Positions 1 through 15,000 of a stretch of 64,000 nt of DNA are shown here, piece by piece. Under the pieces are notes generated by a model. It was given only the letters and a program-made list of their open reading frames with translations. It did not search any database and was not told the origin of the DNA. Both the position numbers and the translations under genes were made by a program. Origin of the DNA: Takakia lepidozioides. Its lineage: Eukaryota > Plantae > Bryophyta. The DNA is taken from contig CM060733.1 of the NCBI GenBank assembly GCA_030704615.1, positions 58,218,001-58,282,000 of the forward strand, read 5' to 3'. How positions within the stretch are numbered: the stretch's first letter is position 1; each line of letters starts with the position of its first letter.

Positions 1-915
1 CTTCCATGTTGCTTCTCCTTCCCACCACCATGGCCCGCTGCTACAGACCTTTTACTCCATTGCAGGTGGTCCCACTCTTGATTGATGCGCCCATGGGGGA
101 GAGATGAGGGTGAAACGGCTGCTGTCTTCGCCACGCTGCTTGGCCCGGCATTTGGCTATGGCCATTTTTTGATTGTGCTTGCACACGGCTGGAGCCCACC
201 CGCAGAATGGGGGGACCCAAGCACCTGGTGGAGATGGAATGTTGTTTTTTATGGCTGCATGTAGTTTATCCGCGTTATCGAATGGACAGCTCTTGAACCA
301 ACCTTGGCAAGCACAACAGCACCTCCATTTCTTGTTGTACATTTCTGTCAAATTAGCATAGAATGTTTGAACATTTTCAGGACATAGTCCCTTGGCTCTT
401 CCATTCTCTCAAGTCCTTGAGCTACTCTGAGACTCAAGTGTGGATGTCTAGACCTGAACCATCTCACCCACCCCCAGCCAGGGATCCCTTTGTGTGAAAG
501 GTGTGAGCCGTTCTTGAGTAACTTCTGCTACCTTGAGACGGAGTTGGGTCAGTGTCAATGGGTGACCACTATCTTGCATTTTTTCAATGTACTTCACTAG
601 TTCGTCCTCCTCCTTGGCATCTAGCGTTCCCTTGCTACCTCTCTTCCTTGTCGTAGTAACTCCATACCAATGGTTTCGTAGACTAGTTGTAGGTACCCCA
701 AACATGCGTGCCGCAGATCTGATGCCGTCCCCACGATCAACAGCTGCCATGGCTCCTTGGAGCTGCACATCAGTCCAGTTCCCGTTTTTATGTGGACGTG
801 GTCCTCTTCTTGGTCGCCCTCCCGTCCTAGCAGGAACGTCTTCATTACTCTCCACATTGAAATTAGCTGGATCTGATGGTCCTTTTGTTGCATGTGTAGT
901 TGTATCGATCATCAC
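1..915 (-). mobile_element. Degenerate pogo/Tigger (Tc1-mariner superfamily) transposase remnant: HTH_psq plus CENP-B/Tc5 HTH, frameshifted downstream
   Basis: ORF 448..915 has WTDVQLQGAMAAV..G.GIRSAARMFGVP.TSL (psq HTH) followed by L...EEDELVKYI..MQDSGHPLT...LR.KV (CENP-B HTH). The frame breaks near 480. AAGTTACC short repeats at 1219-1245 and a possible terminus near 1378. Confidence 0.8.
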
Positions 916-2940
916 TTTAGGTGGAAACTCTTTTGTAGATCCATGACCAACTTGAAATTCAACATTGGAATCCTGCCCTTGGCCCCATTGATAATATTGA
1001 TCACTCTCGTCTTCACTTTGATTGCCCTCATTTGCTGCATGTTCACAACGCTCAAGAACGAAGAGCCGAATATTTGATAAGCATCATTCGTCGGATTTTG
1101 GATTTTCTCCAACTCTAAACAAGTCCAAGATTTTACCGCTCCTCGATAAACTTGGCGCTAGAGGAGGAGGTGATGTCACGGACATAGCCTAGAGGAACTT
1201 ACCAGGAATAAATATCATAAGTTACCAAGTTACCGAAAGTTACCATGATTTATCATAAATTACCATTAGTCATCAAGTTACCGGGAAGAAACTTCTCCAT
1301 CAAGAAACCTTTGTTTAACCTTGGAAACTTCTCCATCAAAAAACCTCCATTGGGGAAGCTTATTAGGGAACTTCATAGTAGCCACTATATATATGAGGCG
1401 AGACTGGACACTCTTCAGTCTCGCCAACACAAGTTCAAGCTACTCTTGTTTCCAGTCCCAGTACTCCAGTTCAGCTTCCAGTACTCTAGCCCAGTTTCCA
1501 GTATCTGACAGTCTAGTCCAGTTTCCAACATTCTAGTATTCAAGTCGAATTCCAGTATCTTGTACTCTTGTCCATTGTTAAAAATATCATCTTGATTCAT
1601 GTTTTTCCCGCCGACCTTGGCTTCTTGTCTAGTCTTGTACCTCTAGTCTGATCTCTTGTTGTGTTCAATCATGTTCTCGTTTTTGACATGTATCAACCTG
1701 ATTATGGTTTGGAAGCCCATACTAGACGGTTCCAGATAGATCGAAAATTCATAGGGTAACCTACCTGTAGGGTATGATTAGGGTTTCGGGGATGACGATA
1801 CCCTAACTGATTGGTCTCGGCTCATCGGTTGTTGATATTGTTACTTGTTTTGTCGTTCGAACTCGGTTGCTCGTTTCGCCGTTCAAGTATCACTTTGGAG
1901 GGTAGAGATGACGGCAGATTTGGTGAGATTCTTGGCTTTGGTTTTGGCTACGGAGGGAATTGCAATGAAGGTGGTTTGTTGGCTTTCAATGCAACATTCA
2001 TGCCTTCTTACAAAGCCTCCAATTTTGGACCATATCAATGAAAGTCACATTCAGCACAATTATTATTCTCCCTGCTTCTACATTATTTGAATTTGAATAC
2101 TACAATCAATGTGGGTGTTTTCTTCTGAAATGTAATTTTCTTTGTACTTACCCAAAGTTGATATCGCAAGTATCAAAGTTTTCATACCATTGGTGATGGT
2201 AGGTCTGCAAATGTGAAATGCTGACATTATTGATACCCTACAAGTACCAAAATCTGGGGTTTTTTTAATATTGCATACCCTTGTTTGGGACATATCTATA
2301 ATTTTGATACTCGTAGGACCCTCTTGGTATCTTCATAACACCATACTAGACCAACACTGGTATATAATCATATATATACTTTTCAGTTTCTAATTATTAG
2401 GAAAGACGATAGGTCTTGGATTTTGTAACAGTTCTTGATATCGTTTATCTCTAAATATCCGTACTATCGTATCTTTAATCTTTGCTCACAATGACATATA
2501 ATTTAAAACTCACACTCCGAATGAAACTCACGAAAATGGGCTCGATTTAGGTCCATAAATTTTTTCTCTTTTGTTATCATGCACCATCGTTATTATTTAT
2601 TATTACAATACCTAAGAGTATTGGCAACCATAATCCTCTCGAATAAAAACATCTTAATCGTATCCTCAAGAAGAAGGCACTTCACTCTCAACTTCAAGAA
2701 AGACAATGCTATGATATCATTCTAACATCCGCGATCTACAAAGAGATACACAAACTATGTTGGAAGTACTTCCAAATTTTTTCCCAGAACAATTGTGTGT
2801 ATTCTAGGATTTCATTACATGTTTATACTCTTCACAATATGACTTTATCAAATGTTTGACTCGAGAGCCTCAAGTCAAACTTCCTAGGTTTGACATACTC
2901 TCCACCATATGACTTTCTCAAACTTGGTTTGATCTACTCT

Positions 2941-3519
2941 GAAAGGCAATAGGAATAATGTAAGAACTTAATGGACGAGTGTGATCTGATAGTACTTCCG
3001 CCGGATTCAGGTAGCCTGGGCTCCTCCGCCGGGCCTTTGTCAAATCCTCCCCACCCTCTCTTACCTCGGTTTCCTTATTAAAAACTTAAGAATCCAAGTG
3101 GGTTGCAAGCTGCGGCGGGTAGCATGGTGGTAAGGTGATAGTGTTGTAGGTGGCGAGGTTCAGGGTTCGATTCTTGATGGGGGGTGCTTGTATCGGAGTA
3201 ACCTCGGTAGTGTAACCCTCTGTAACCCCGGTTTCTCACGTAACTCTGGTTAGTCCATTTTATACGTAACCAAATTGAACTTAGTCAAATTTTGAGACCA
3301 AGTGTGAGTTACACCGAGAAGAGTTACACTCCATTCTGTGTAACCCTTACACACTTCGTCGTATAACCCAATGTAACCCCGACTTGAGTTTACACTCCTT
3401 CAGTTCCATGTCACTCTCAAGAGAGGGTGGGGAAGATTTGACATGCCGGAAACCGGCGTACCATCCTGTCAGAGGTTGCATGTGTGATTTAAGTTCTTAC
3501 GTTATTCCTATTATCTTCC
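2941..3519. mobile_element. Mutator-like MITE with 9-bp TSD and an internal tRNA-like cassette
   Basis: TIRs GAAAGGCAATAGGAATAATGTAAGAACTTAA / TTAAGTTCTTACGTTATTCCTATTATCTTCC. Inner inverted pair at 3038-3062 and 3419-3443. TSD ATCTACTCT (2932-2940) / ATCTATTCT (3520-3528). Confidence 0.75.
3112..3186 (+). other. tRNA-like Pol III A-box/B-box cassette (not a functional tRNA)
   Basis: TAGCATGGTGG (A box) and GGTTCGATTC (B box) at tRNA-like spacing; no convincing cloverleaf. Confidence 0.5.
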
Positions 3520-4626
3520 ATCTATTCTTCATGATATGAATTTCTTAAAAATTTGACTTGAGAGCATTTAGTCAAACTTCCTATAAACCTTCTTAATCAC
3601 TTTTGAAAACTTCTTTGGAACTTTCATCCTCCATCTATAATCTTCTAGATTTTACCCCGTTACAGATGACCGGTTATAGCCGGTCATCCAAGTGCGTAGT
3701 CAAAAGCGTCATAAGTACGCAAGATCCACAAGATCCAAAGTACACATGTATGCCAAAAATTCATATGACCCAACTTTACTAACGGCGTTTCATCTTGCAT
3801 CATCCATGTCCAATGGTGGTTGGAAATGATACATTTGTTTTCATCCTACTTAAAAGCCATCATCCTTCAACATTAATCATTGTGTTTAATGTGTTTAAAA
3901 CATGTTTAATGAAATCCGGAACCACTTAAACGAAGCCCAAGCCTACAGCCACCTTTCATCCTACTTCACCTGGTGGCTACTGCCCCTTTCATGGTTGGCC
4001 ATGAACAAAAGGCGTCGCTGCGCATGTAGCTGTTATCTTATGTGCGGGTTTGATCTAGTACGTTTGTTAGTAATGATGGCTGCAAGGGATCTGATGGCGG
4101 TGAGATGGATATTTTTGAAGCATTGATGAAGTAGAGGTAGGGATATTTAAATTATTATGGTTAGCGTTGTGGATACCTCTCTGGTGCCTACTGTGGTGCC
4201 CAAGCCTACAACTACCTATTATTAACCATCTCTATACTACATTAACACGGAGACTAATTTGAGAGTATCTCATGTTAGTTCTAGAATATTATGGCATGCT
4301 ACGTTGTGTTAGAACAAATTCCGGGTTTGAATATCTGGAAAATCCTGTGTTGATAGTTGTAGGCTCATTAGTGATTTTTTTTCCGGCGGCCTGTTCTTTT
4401 ATGTAAATTATCGTCAGAAAGCGTAGGCAAGTATGGTATTATGATTGATAATTTGATCATAGGCCTCGCCAAACCAAGAACTTATAGCTAGGACTATGGG
4501 ATCATATTGGACTAATCATAAAAGCAATCATTATTATTGTTTTTGAACTATCTAGTTATTGACATCATATCATCATTTGGCCGCAAAAATAATTTATGAA
4601 AAAGTTTGTAGTTAGAATTGTAAAGG

Positions 4627-4690
4627 TGCCTGATTTGTGAGCTGTCGCTGGACCACGTGTTTCCCTTAAAAGAAAGAAAAGAAAAAGAAG
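4627..4690 (+). mobile_element. 3' fragment of the SINE family at 47193-47413
   Basis: GCCTGATTTGTGAGCTGTCGCT...GTTTCCCTTAAAAGAAAGAAAAG resembles the SINE 3' end and A-rich tail. Confidence 0.55.
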
Positions 4691-7315
4691 GTGGAACTAA
4701 CTGTTTTGTTTTAACTTACAATAAAAATATATAAAAATGATTATCAAGATATTACTGAAAAAAGGTATTCTCCTCGTCTTTCTAAAAAACTCGTATTCAC
4801 ATGGTAGAACTTGATATTTAAAAAGCTTACCCCACATATTGACTCTTAAGAGCTATGGGTCCATAGAGATGAGAGTCATAAATACTACAAGACCCTAAAT
4901 ATTACTAATGGTGGTTTAAGCATATGAGTAATACCATTATTTCAAAATACATATAGGTAGATTGAGGTTGGATAGTTTGTGAGAATGCTCTAGGATATTT
5001 CATATATTCTAGGAATATGCAGAAAAATATGTTCTGAGAAAACGAAATTGTGCTCATCTGGAAATTGCTAATTAAAACTATTTTTCATTTTCCGGTCTAA
5101 TTTAACTAATTTGTTTTTCCAATGAAACTAGTTTTTAGATTTCTATTTTCATTATTCTCATTTTTTTGGGGCGGTTTATTTGGCTGACGAAACTCTCTGT
5201 AATCACAAATAGTTGTGATATAGTTGAATCATTTGTTGGCAAAATACTGTTTTTTTATGATATTAAGATATTTAAATATTCGTTCAAAAAAATATATGTT
5301 TGGTTTTATGGAATGCCTCAATGGCAGTGTGAGGGGTTTGTCCCCCTCCAATTATTCCAAGTAATGTTTTCCTTATCTGCTTTCAAAAAAAAAATGTAAA
5401 CACATTCATGTAAGTTACCCTAGTGATGCAACACTACCCTATGTCCACTTATGATTTCTATTTCCGTTTCCAAACATATTACCCCTATAACCGTGTATTG
5501 TTCAGATCGAAAAATGTACCGACTAGGGAATAAGGGGAGCCGTATGACGCAGGCGAATGCCGTGTACGGTTCTTTGAGAAGGTCTTGTGGGTATGTCCTC
5601 TACGGACCTGGTCCATTAGGGGGCTAGAGCCCCGCCTCGCGGCCCGCTTCTTCCGTCCCGAAATTTTCGGTTGAGATGCAAGGTGCAGCGTAGTGCTTAC
5701 CAAGTTGCTCTGCGAATAGGGTGCCCAAAAAATCCCGGCACCAATAAGTTGAAGGCATGTCCGCTTTTTTCGTTAGTTCTGCTCATGTTGTGCTCACATG
5801 ATACCAACCCACATGTATATCTGAAGTCTGTGAGTAGCCCTGTTAACGTGTAAAGGAGGACGTTACGCGGCAGAATTTTGAAGCGGCACCTTACATGTAG
5901 GTCCCTCTGTTTGTGGGCCTTACGTAAGGTCCTCCTTTGATTTTACGTTTTTGTATCACGGAGAGAGAAAGGGGATGCAAGAAAATGAGAACAACTGATC
6001 TGCTCTGTCCATCCAAGATGATTAAGGCCATTGAGGGAGGAAAGAAATCCCTGCCATATCTTGCGGGGTAAGGCTCTTGGAGATGGGCGTTCCCGGAATG
6101 AGCGCCTTGCTTTGTGACACCAATCGGTTGATTGAATAGACAACCACTTCCCAAGTGGTATGTGCCCATTAGCACTTGGCTACAACTTGGTTGTCATGAC
6201 ATTCCACTTTGTTATGGTTTGGTTTGATGTCATATGGCTACGAAGCGATTTTTGACAAGATCCGAAGTGACGCCGCGGTGTCCACCTTCTTGCCGGAAGG
6301 CAGCAGCCCTGCGGGATCAAGAGACACCATAATTTACGCTTCCTTCTGGAGGCATGATATATCGTTATTATATATTATAATGCTATGTCATGTAGTTTGC
6401 AGCAGAAGAAAATATTTGAAGTTATAGATATATGGTCACATAATAAAAGCATAGCTGTGACAGCCCCTAAGTGCATTGGAATATAAGGTTCGTCATATGA
6501 GATGAAATAGCTTCCCTGTTAGAGAAAATATAATGCAAAATTGCTATCAACAGCCATGATATACATTGGAATGTAAGTCCTAATTTGTAATAGCTCAACA
6601 AATCCCTTTGTATAAGCAACATTAAGGTCAAATAGGCCGTTGTGCTAGAGGAATATGGAGTCATGACTCACTTGTCTTCCTTGTTGCAGCCCCCTCTCTG
6701 CCCCTCTTTACTATGCCCCACTTTCTGGGGCCACACATCACTTCACATCCACCTCTCTCCAGCCTGCAACCGCTAGCATATACGCGATGATTTTTGGTTG
6801 ACAGGTTTTGGTTGACAGGTTGCTATATGTCGACTCTTCGTTCCTTTATTTCTATTTTTTGCACAAGTTGGAGTGTAATAACTCATATGTGATAGGTTTC
6901 TATGATAGAAAAAATGCAGGGAGATGTCAGTATCGGAGGCTATCTTAATTGATGAAAGGTTTATCTGTCCAATGTTCCACTTGAGTGAGAAGAATGTGAA
7001 TTGGAGAAGGAACCTCATCGTTTAACTTGATGGAGAGCATGAGAATTGCCTACACCCGTCATAAGAAGGATTGGGCCACTAGCCTGATCCCATCCTAGTA
7101 CAAAATTGCAGTAGAGAAGGTCTCAACCACAAATGCTCTCAATATTTAAAATGCTCTGCCCTCAGCATCCAATAGTGCGCTAAAACTAGCTGCCGTGGGG
7201 AAGGAGAATGTGGAACCAAGGCAAAGATTTAGCTCCTTCCATGTTAATATGTTTGAAGACCATTGGGGTTTGTAGGATGTCAAAATAGACGTCTCATGGT
7301 TGGATGATAACCAAA

Positions 7316-8997
7316 CTAGGTTGCCGCCTCCTTTCCAGCACTTGCAAGCTCTGGGCGTCTCTGGTCTTCCCACTCTCCTTCCACTCCTTCCTCGATGACT
7401 GCTTCTGCTCCTTTTACTCCTTGTTCGTCCACAAAAAGAGCACGATGGCTCAACCGCAGCTGACCTCGTGAATTTATCTGCCATCATCAGTGGAAGAAAA
7501 ATGCACTGATAGTCAATTCCCTGCTACCTGTGAGTCAACACTCCGCTGCATCCTTAAGGGCTTGCTAGTTGCGGGGCTGTGTGCATGACATATTCAACTA
7601 ATGAAATAGTCCATGATGCCTAGTCCCCACATGATACAACCTTCTGGAGCCAATCATGGAGTTTTCATGTATAAGGATACTGAATTTTGATGGTTGCAGA
7701 CAGAAGATAGCTCACCTCAGTAAGCTTGACATCCAATGTATCTCCCACATTCACAAACTGCACAAAGACACTCAACAACGGGGCTGTGACTCCCTTGTGA
7801 AACTATTGTAAGACTACCAATTATATCTCTGTTTCCAATCATCCTTGTCTCCGTCAGTCCAACTCTGGGTCCTCATCCATCCCTCTCTGTGTAATCCTCT
7901 TTCCCCAAACCCCCTGGACCTCTGCCCTTCAGAATGGATTTTCTCATGAGCAATCTTTTCCTTCTCACTAAACATATGCCAACAACAGGGAATTTTTAAC
8001 TCAGGGGGAGAAGACTGATTGTTCCTTCAAATAAAGCCACATATGAGGAAAGGAGGCCTAACCTACCTCTTCAACCGTAGTCAACTTCTTGTTGCTCAAT
8101 TCACTAATATGGCAGAGTCCCTGTAAATCCACCAGTCACCACAAATAAAGAAAACTAGACAACACTTCAGGAAATGAGTAACTTAAGAGCGTCCTCAAAA
8201 TCCCAAAGAGCTTATGGGAAAGGAACATATAGCAAACAAACAAGCACTAGAAAACTTCCCGTACAGAGTAATACTCGCCATGGTGGTAGCTAGTTGCCTA
8301 TACCCAACCTGATAAGGTTCGGATTGCTGTTTGTTTCCAGACACTTACAATTGGTCTAGCTGGAAAGGAGCACAGAGAAGAGCCTGGAAATGATATAAAT
8401 GAGCCCAAGGGCAGAAAGAGCTCACCTCTTTCCCAGGTGCTATCTCTACGAAACAACCGAATGCGACAGTTGACTTCACAGGGCAATTTCTGCACAGCAG
8501 TCAAGCTAAGTCAACCTCAACTCAAGCTGGAGGCTATATCACTGTTTGACTCTTGTACCAGGGTATGTTCTCAACATTACAACTTCACCAGACTGGCACT
8601 AGTCTTTGAAGTCTCCACCGATTTTACCAAATTTGGCAAATTGTTGAGTGAACAGTAGAAATCAGAGAATTTGTTTTGCATATCTTCAAAGCTCCCAGAC
8701 TCTTCTTCCAGATTAGAGGTCAGATGTGAAAGTCACCCCCAGAAATCAGACCAAGAAGGGCAACAGCTTCACGAGTTTCAAAATATGGAAAGATATGATA
8801 AGACAATCAGAAAAGACGCTCCCTGCATAAGATCAGAAAACTATCCTCACAACATGCCTGCAAACAGGGTACGGGGAAATCCTTTTATCTGCAGCTGAAC
8901 AAAATACTGATCACCAGTAAGCGGCCCTACAATGAAGTGCTCAAAGAGGGGAAGGCAAAAGTATGTGAAAGAAGAGAAAATCTATTAAGAGACAAAG

Positions 8998-9035
<38 letters not shown>

Positions 9036-12000
9036 CACTTATACACATTGCCAACTCGGTGAACCATGGTCAAGCCTAGGATTTTGGACTTTGCCCGGTC
9101 CAAGCTATCTGGAGTTCGCCCAACAATTCTAATCTGCAATCGCCTCACTATTAGCTCTCTGAGGTACTTACTAGGTGGCCCCAATTTAGGTCTCACCATC
9201 AAAATTAACCAGTTCCCCTGCTGCCACAAAACAGATACTACGGGGATCATGAGCAGCTTTCACAAAACTGGTGAGTTTTTGTCAATCTCCTGCTAGCCAG
9301 AAGGACACTGGCTGGAGGCAGTATAATTTGTCGGGCCTCCGAGACCTGTTGGAGCTACAGGCTCCTGCATGAAGGTAGTCATTTAGACATAATCTACATA
9401 AATGAATATTAAATTGGTTACTCAAGTTTTATCTCGGATTGTGGCTGCATGGCCACCATGGTAACCAGAGATATCTGAAAGTAATTTTTTCTTATGGTCA
9501 CCAGAATGCTCTAATCACATTCCTCCCGACAGTTGTCATGCTCTCATCAACCAAAGACACCACTAGAAACAGGAACTCACCTGTGTCTTATACGAATGAC
9601 CTATGGTCACTTATGGCTTGTTTTAGATATCAATCTCCTCCCAATTTTTATCTTGGGCTTTGAAGCCCTCATTTCACACATTTCACGTTGCAATGTCCCA
9701 CACTCATGGCCCACTGACCACTACATAGTGCTAGGTCACTGGGCTATTTGTTAGAAGCTTTCAGAACATAGAAAGAGGATGTGAAGTCGATTCTATGAGC
9801 CCCTTTCAAAGTAAACCGTGTGAATATGCAGACAAATAGTCTTTCCCCTTACTCTACAACCAGGTTAGATGGCTTACAGAGCCATCATCGCAAACATCAA
9901 TAGAGCTGACACCGGAGGACTCAATGAGGCTTTTGATAGTCTTGCCTCCTGCGCCAATCACTAAATTCAGTTTGTCCACATTTATCTGTACCCATCCCCA
10001 ACCACACCCACATCAGCCCGTCTCATAAAGTTTCTTTGAGGTCCCTTGACTGTAGAATGTGTCTGTCAATGTGTGTCTTAATGTTCATTTTGGCAAAAAA
10101 GAGGCCAAACAGCCATACACAAACCCACACTCATTCATGGCAATGGAACTGATATTCATGGCACTGGTTCTCCATGAGCCAGCTTCTCTCACTTTCTATC
10201 AATCCCTCCTACACCTTTCATCTACCAGGGCATCTATGTGGTGCTCATAATGCTGTATGTACTCTGTGCAATGAAGTGACTGAAAAAATAGACTGGCAAC
10301 CATGCAAGAATATCAGGCCAGTGGTTAACTGTGGCACACTTTGGTGCTTCCAGGTTCAGTTGTACATAGCTCCTTATGAAAAGGAAGAATCCAGATAGAC
10401 CAGAAAAAGGACGCTGCGACGGGTGAGGAGCTCCAGAGCATCATCACTGACCCAGTCTTCTCATTTTTCTGAAGATTAGAAGGTACCCTGTGCAATAGTC
10501 ATCTATTCTTTACCAATCATTCTCAGAAACTAGGCCTTTGATACTTTCAACAGGGGGTTGAAGACAAAGTGTGGGCTGACCTTCAACAGCGCAATAAGTG
10601 GAGCATGCTTGGACAGAGTTCTGGCTGGTGCAGGCGTGCTCTTCATCATCTCACCTACATCACAGGGATGTGGACATTAGACCTTTCTGTCGTAATCTTG
10701 TGGCCATGTACCCCGTACCCCAATTTGGAGAGAGCCACAACGTAGGAGAGGGGGGACTGGGATGAGACAGTAGAAGAGCAGAATGGATGCCATAACCATC
10801 CCAAAACTCCAGTTAAGGGGCTTAAAGCGTTTCTAACATTGATTACCTTCTCAAATGGACTTACTGATGGAACACCTAAAAAGCCAATGTGGCAAGCCTT
10901 GCACTTGCTGTTGTATTATTTGTGCGATCTCAGAAAGTGGTTGGACCCACAACAACAGTCTCTGCACAATTAAGATTCCAATGTGAAGATATGGATAAGA
11001 GGCCCCTTTTGAGCTTACCCAGGATATGGCGTCGCCCAGTGTTTGCTTGAAGTAAGGCCTTTTCCATTACTGGGATTGTGATGCCCTCCACCTGATCTCT
11101 CCTTCACACAAATTCATTTGTCAGCATGTTTTAAAAGAGGAGAATCGAAGAAGGGGGACAAGCATGCACCGAGTAAAGAGTAAAAAGGAGGAGTGATATA
11201 CAGAAGGCTAGTTCATTGGCGAGATAGAGTGGAATATCATTTTTAAGGGTCTAAAAACAGGGAGATGTACTCATTATCTTGACGTAGCTTTGCAGCCATA
11301 AACTCTTGGGCCTGTTTAGAGGAGCAGAAAGGAGGGGACCACTACAATCACAGAAGGCTTACCGATCAGGAAAAAACTAACATCCACAGCAAGATAGAAG
11401 GGGATAGGGACCCAAAAGTTCCAACTTATAACAGACTTCAAAGCAGACCAAAATAAAGATTATATCCATGGAGCAGAAACGGAGAGAGCACACATATTGA
11501 TAACATCCAGTACAAGACTCTGGGACCAAAAGAAATTTCCAAATAAAAGTGAAGAGAGCAAGAAGAAAGAAAGGAACCTCATAACCTCTACAGAAAGCTC
11601 AATGAGTTTATGGATAGAGCAAGTAGAACAGAAAGGGAAGTGGAGCCCCCAACTACCACAGAAACAACTGAAATCTCAATGTTGCAAGAAGAGGGAGTGA
11701 AATAGCACTGAGAGGTTGTGGTATGTATTTCGTGAAGGGCTACTTGTTCCCATGGGACTTCCTTTGTGGGGTTTGTGAGGGGAAGTGATGCAACTGACCA
11801 TTTCAGCTGTAGGTCGGTTATGATGTACATGCCAAGTCCCCCAAAATAGTCATCCTCCCAACCCCAGAAAGATAGAGGAAGGAAAAAAAAATTCATTACA
11901 GGCAGATATGGAGAGACAAGTATAACACAGAGAAACCGAAACAGAGGGGAATCCAATTCAATGCCAACTGACCACTATCAGCATTGGGTTCAAAATGACG

Positions 12001-15000
12001 TAAGGCATGCCAGTTATGAAAGGATTCGCTGACCTTTATGTCCATTTGGAAAGCAGTTACGCTAGCCTCATTTCCAGCAACCTGCACCCATTAGCAAAAC
12101 ATTGACAAAACATAGAAAAACGTGCCGTTGTAAACACACCTACTGAGAAAGTGCAAAATATGTTTTGAAACCTGCTATAAGGTGTGGATGGATAGTTTGA
12201 GATGATCAGGAGACACATAAGAGTCTGCCAGATGTAGTCATGAGTTTGAAGCTAAGCCGCAAGGCCTTGCAGCAATTGACCTGTAAATCCCCCCCGCCCA
12301 TTTGGGTAGCTAATTAAGGCTGCCATAGCTCTCCGATGACCAGTGACATCCAATGTCCAAGACTTCAGCACAGATGCCATATTCATAAAAAATGGAGTCG
12401 TAGAAGATTGATCACTCTGGTGCATTATAAAATGTATATCCTAGTTATCATCAAATTATTCTTGTGGAACATCACGAACACCAATCACTGGGCAATAATG
12501 TTGATGGACTACACATAAGGGCCTTTCTGGTGCATCTTGGCCATCTTACATTCCTTGACTTTCATTGTCCTAGATCCTTTCACCAGTCCAGTGATTGAGT
12601 TAGAATCCAATGGTATCCTACACACTTGGACCCGCTGGCAACCACTGAAACATTTATGCAATGGTTAGACGGTAAAAAATCTCTTCAACAACATACCAGA
12701 ATCGACATGGTCCAGCAGTGGTGGTGACATATAACAAGGATATGATGGGACTCCCTACTACTACAGACACTCAAGAGGAGCTGCACATCTGTACCCTACT
12801 TAAACATACATGTATGTGTGTGATATAATGTTTGCATAATCAGACAGTTGGATTCAGACCTTGAAATCCATGTCGCCGAGAGCATCTTCGGATCCAAGAA
12901 TGTCACTAAGGATGAGTGGCTCCCCATCTCCTCCACAATCCTTTGTATTTAAAATTAATCCCATGGCAACTCCAGCCACTGCTCCTTTGAGAGGAACACC
13001 GGCATCCAACATAGCTAAGCAGCCGGCGCAGACAGAAGCCATACTGTACACCATCACAATCAACTATAAATTGACATCTGTTTTACAATTGTTTACTTGA
13101 GGGAGCCATCCCACCTTCAATACTGCAAGAATCAAGTTCCAGTCATAGCTCTACGAAGAGGTCCTGACTGTTGTGGAGTCTCTCATCTACTCATCATGCA
13201 GGAAACAACTTGACGGGGTCGTAGATTGAACCTGGATGACCCATTGCTTTCAGTGATGGTACTCTCAACCCGAATTGTGTACGGAAATGTAGCCTCGTCT
13301 GGAAGAAATGGCTCAAGTGCCCTCTCTGCCAAAGTGCCATGTCCAATTTCTCGTCTACTTGGTGCACCAATCCTGCCTGTCTCGCCCACAGATGATGGTG
13401 GGAACGAATACTGCAACATCCATCCATCAACTATTCAATCTAGAAGTGCGATTGGCAATGTCACATCTTTGGTGGATCTGGGACTACAGCAGCAGTACTA
13501 GAATAAGCATCATGATTTTGAGCATGATATCCATAACAGCCCTTCCATCAACTCTTCATTTCCTGTAACCAGGCAAACGTTATTAATTTTTCTTTTCTTT
13601 CTTTATCCCATAGGCCCTACAGGCAGCCTAGGGATGTAATAAATTTCTATCTGTTTCCATGATTTGAAAGACTCCACAAGCTTAAAAAATTAGTTGCCCT
13701 TGCTACATTGGCCAAAAAGAAGAAGCTCCTTCTGCGGTCACTTGGTTGTCCTAATTTGATTCAATATCTTTGAAATGACCAATTGATTGTCATGCATAGT
13801 CGATAAAGTATCTTTCAGTGTCAACAATGTCCAATCCTCAATTCAGCCGTAAAAATGCACTATTAACCTGAAGGTAGAATCGTTTGATGTCCTCTTTGTT
13901 GGTGAGGTTGTCAAGTCGCTGACCCATGTCGTCCCCACCCAATGTGGCCACTGCTAATGCCTGCAGTGTAAACAGACACCAAAGCATAGATTACATATCA
14001 AATTACAGAAAATTATCGAAGAGTGACCAAAGCTTGTTTACAAACCACCCCTACTTACTGACACAGCTCCTTACCCCCTAATGCTAGAACAATTCTCATC
14101 TTAACAGAAAACCCATGCACCTTCAATTTGTTGGTTTGTACACTGAGGTGGTCCTGGTCCCAATTACCTGTGAACCCACTTGCAGCTAGTTTGCCTGCAT
14201 ATTGCAACCTCCTACTATGTTTCAATCAGATGTGAACGGTTGCTCATGCATCCTGGTAATTTGCAGATCATTCATGCAACATAAGGTTTAATGAGATTCG
14301 TCAGCTTTGCAAAATCTACGATGAGTTTCCTACCTTGGTGAGTGAAAAGCCTGTGCAGCCTTTCAGCAGGAAATGAAAATTGGAGAGCAAACCAATAGAG
14401 AGAGAAGTAAGAAAGGAACTTTATTTGAAAGCCAATGAGACAGACAAAGATAGCCCAGGCGAAGCAGGCAAGAGAGGGCAACCTGAGTCTCGCCGCGAGT
14501 AAAAAGCGCGCTGCCATGGGCTCGTGGAAGAAGACCACACAAACTCTCAATTTGTCGGATGTCGGTGACACCCCGACCATCACTTCTCACTCCTTTCTGA
14601 ATCCACACACAATCACATCCAGATTCAGAATCTCTCAATTCCCACTTTTGTTTTTTAGACACCACTCTAAAAGAGTGATGATATTCTTGCATCCATGGGA
14701 GCCAGCAGCTTACCTGCATTAGGCATTCCGTCTCCTAGAAATGAGGAGGGTTTTTGATATGCTCATTTGGTTTTCTCTCACAGTTTGACTGTGTCCCAAT
14801 AGTCCTTTGGGACTCCTGAAAGTTTTTCTTTTTCCTCCCTTCTCTCTCGTTCTCTCTATTCCGCGGAACTCGAGAGAAGTCTTCCACTTTGAGGATCAGA
14901 AGTACTTGGCAGATTACCTGCACAAGGCCTTCACCCTTAGACAATCCCTCGAGCAATAGTTTTATTTTTGGCTCTGGTTTTGTTTCCTCTCTCATGTTTA

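Larger units (their letters stand above)
2424..3664. mobile_element. Possible solo LTR interrupted by a MITE
   Basis: Starts TGTAAC (2424) and ends GTTACA (3664). The 5-bp flanks GATTT/GATGA match only partly. Internal ~70-bp degenerate repeats lie on both sides of the MITE. Confidence 0.35.

Noticed and set aside
3112-3186. Functional tRNA gene
   Set aside because: No good acceptor or anticodon stem, and it is embedded in a MITE.
5790-5810. tRNA-iMet primer-binding site of an LTR element
   Set aside because: Only TGGTATCA matches on the minus strand, and no adjacent LTR boundary was identified.
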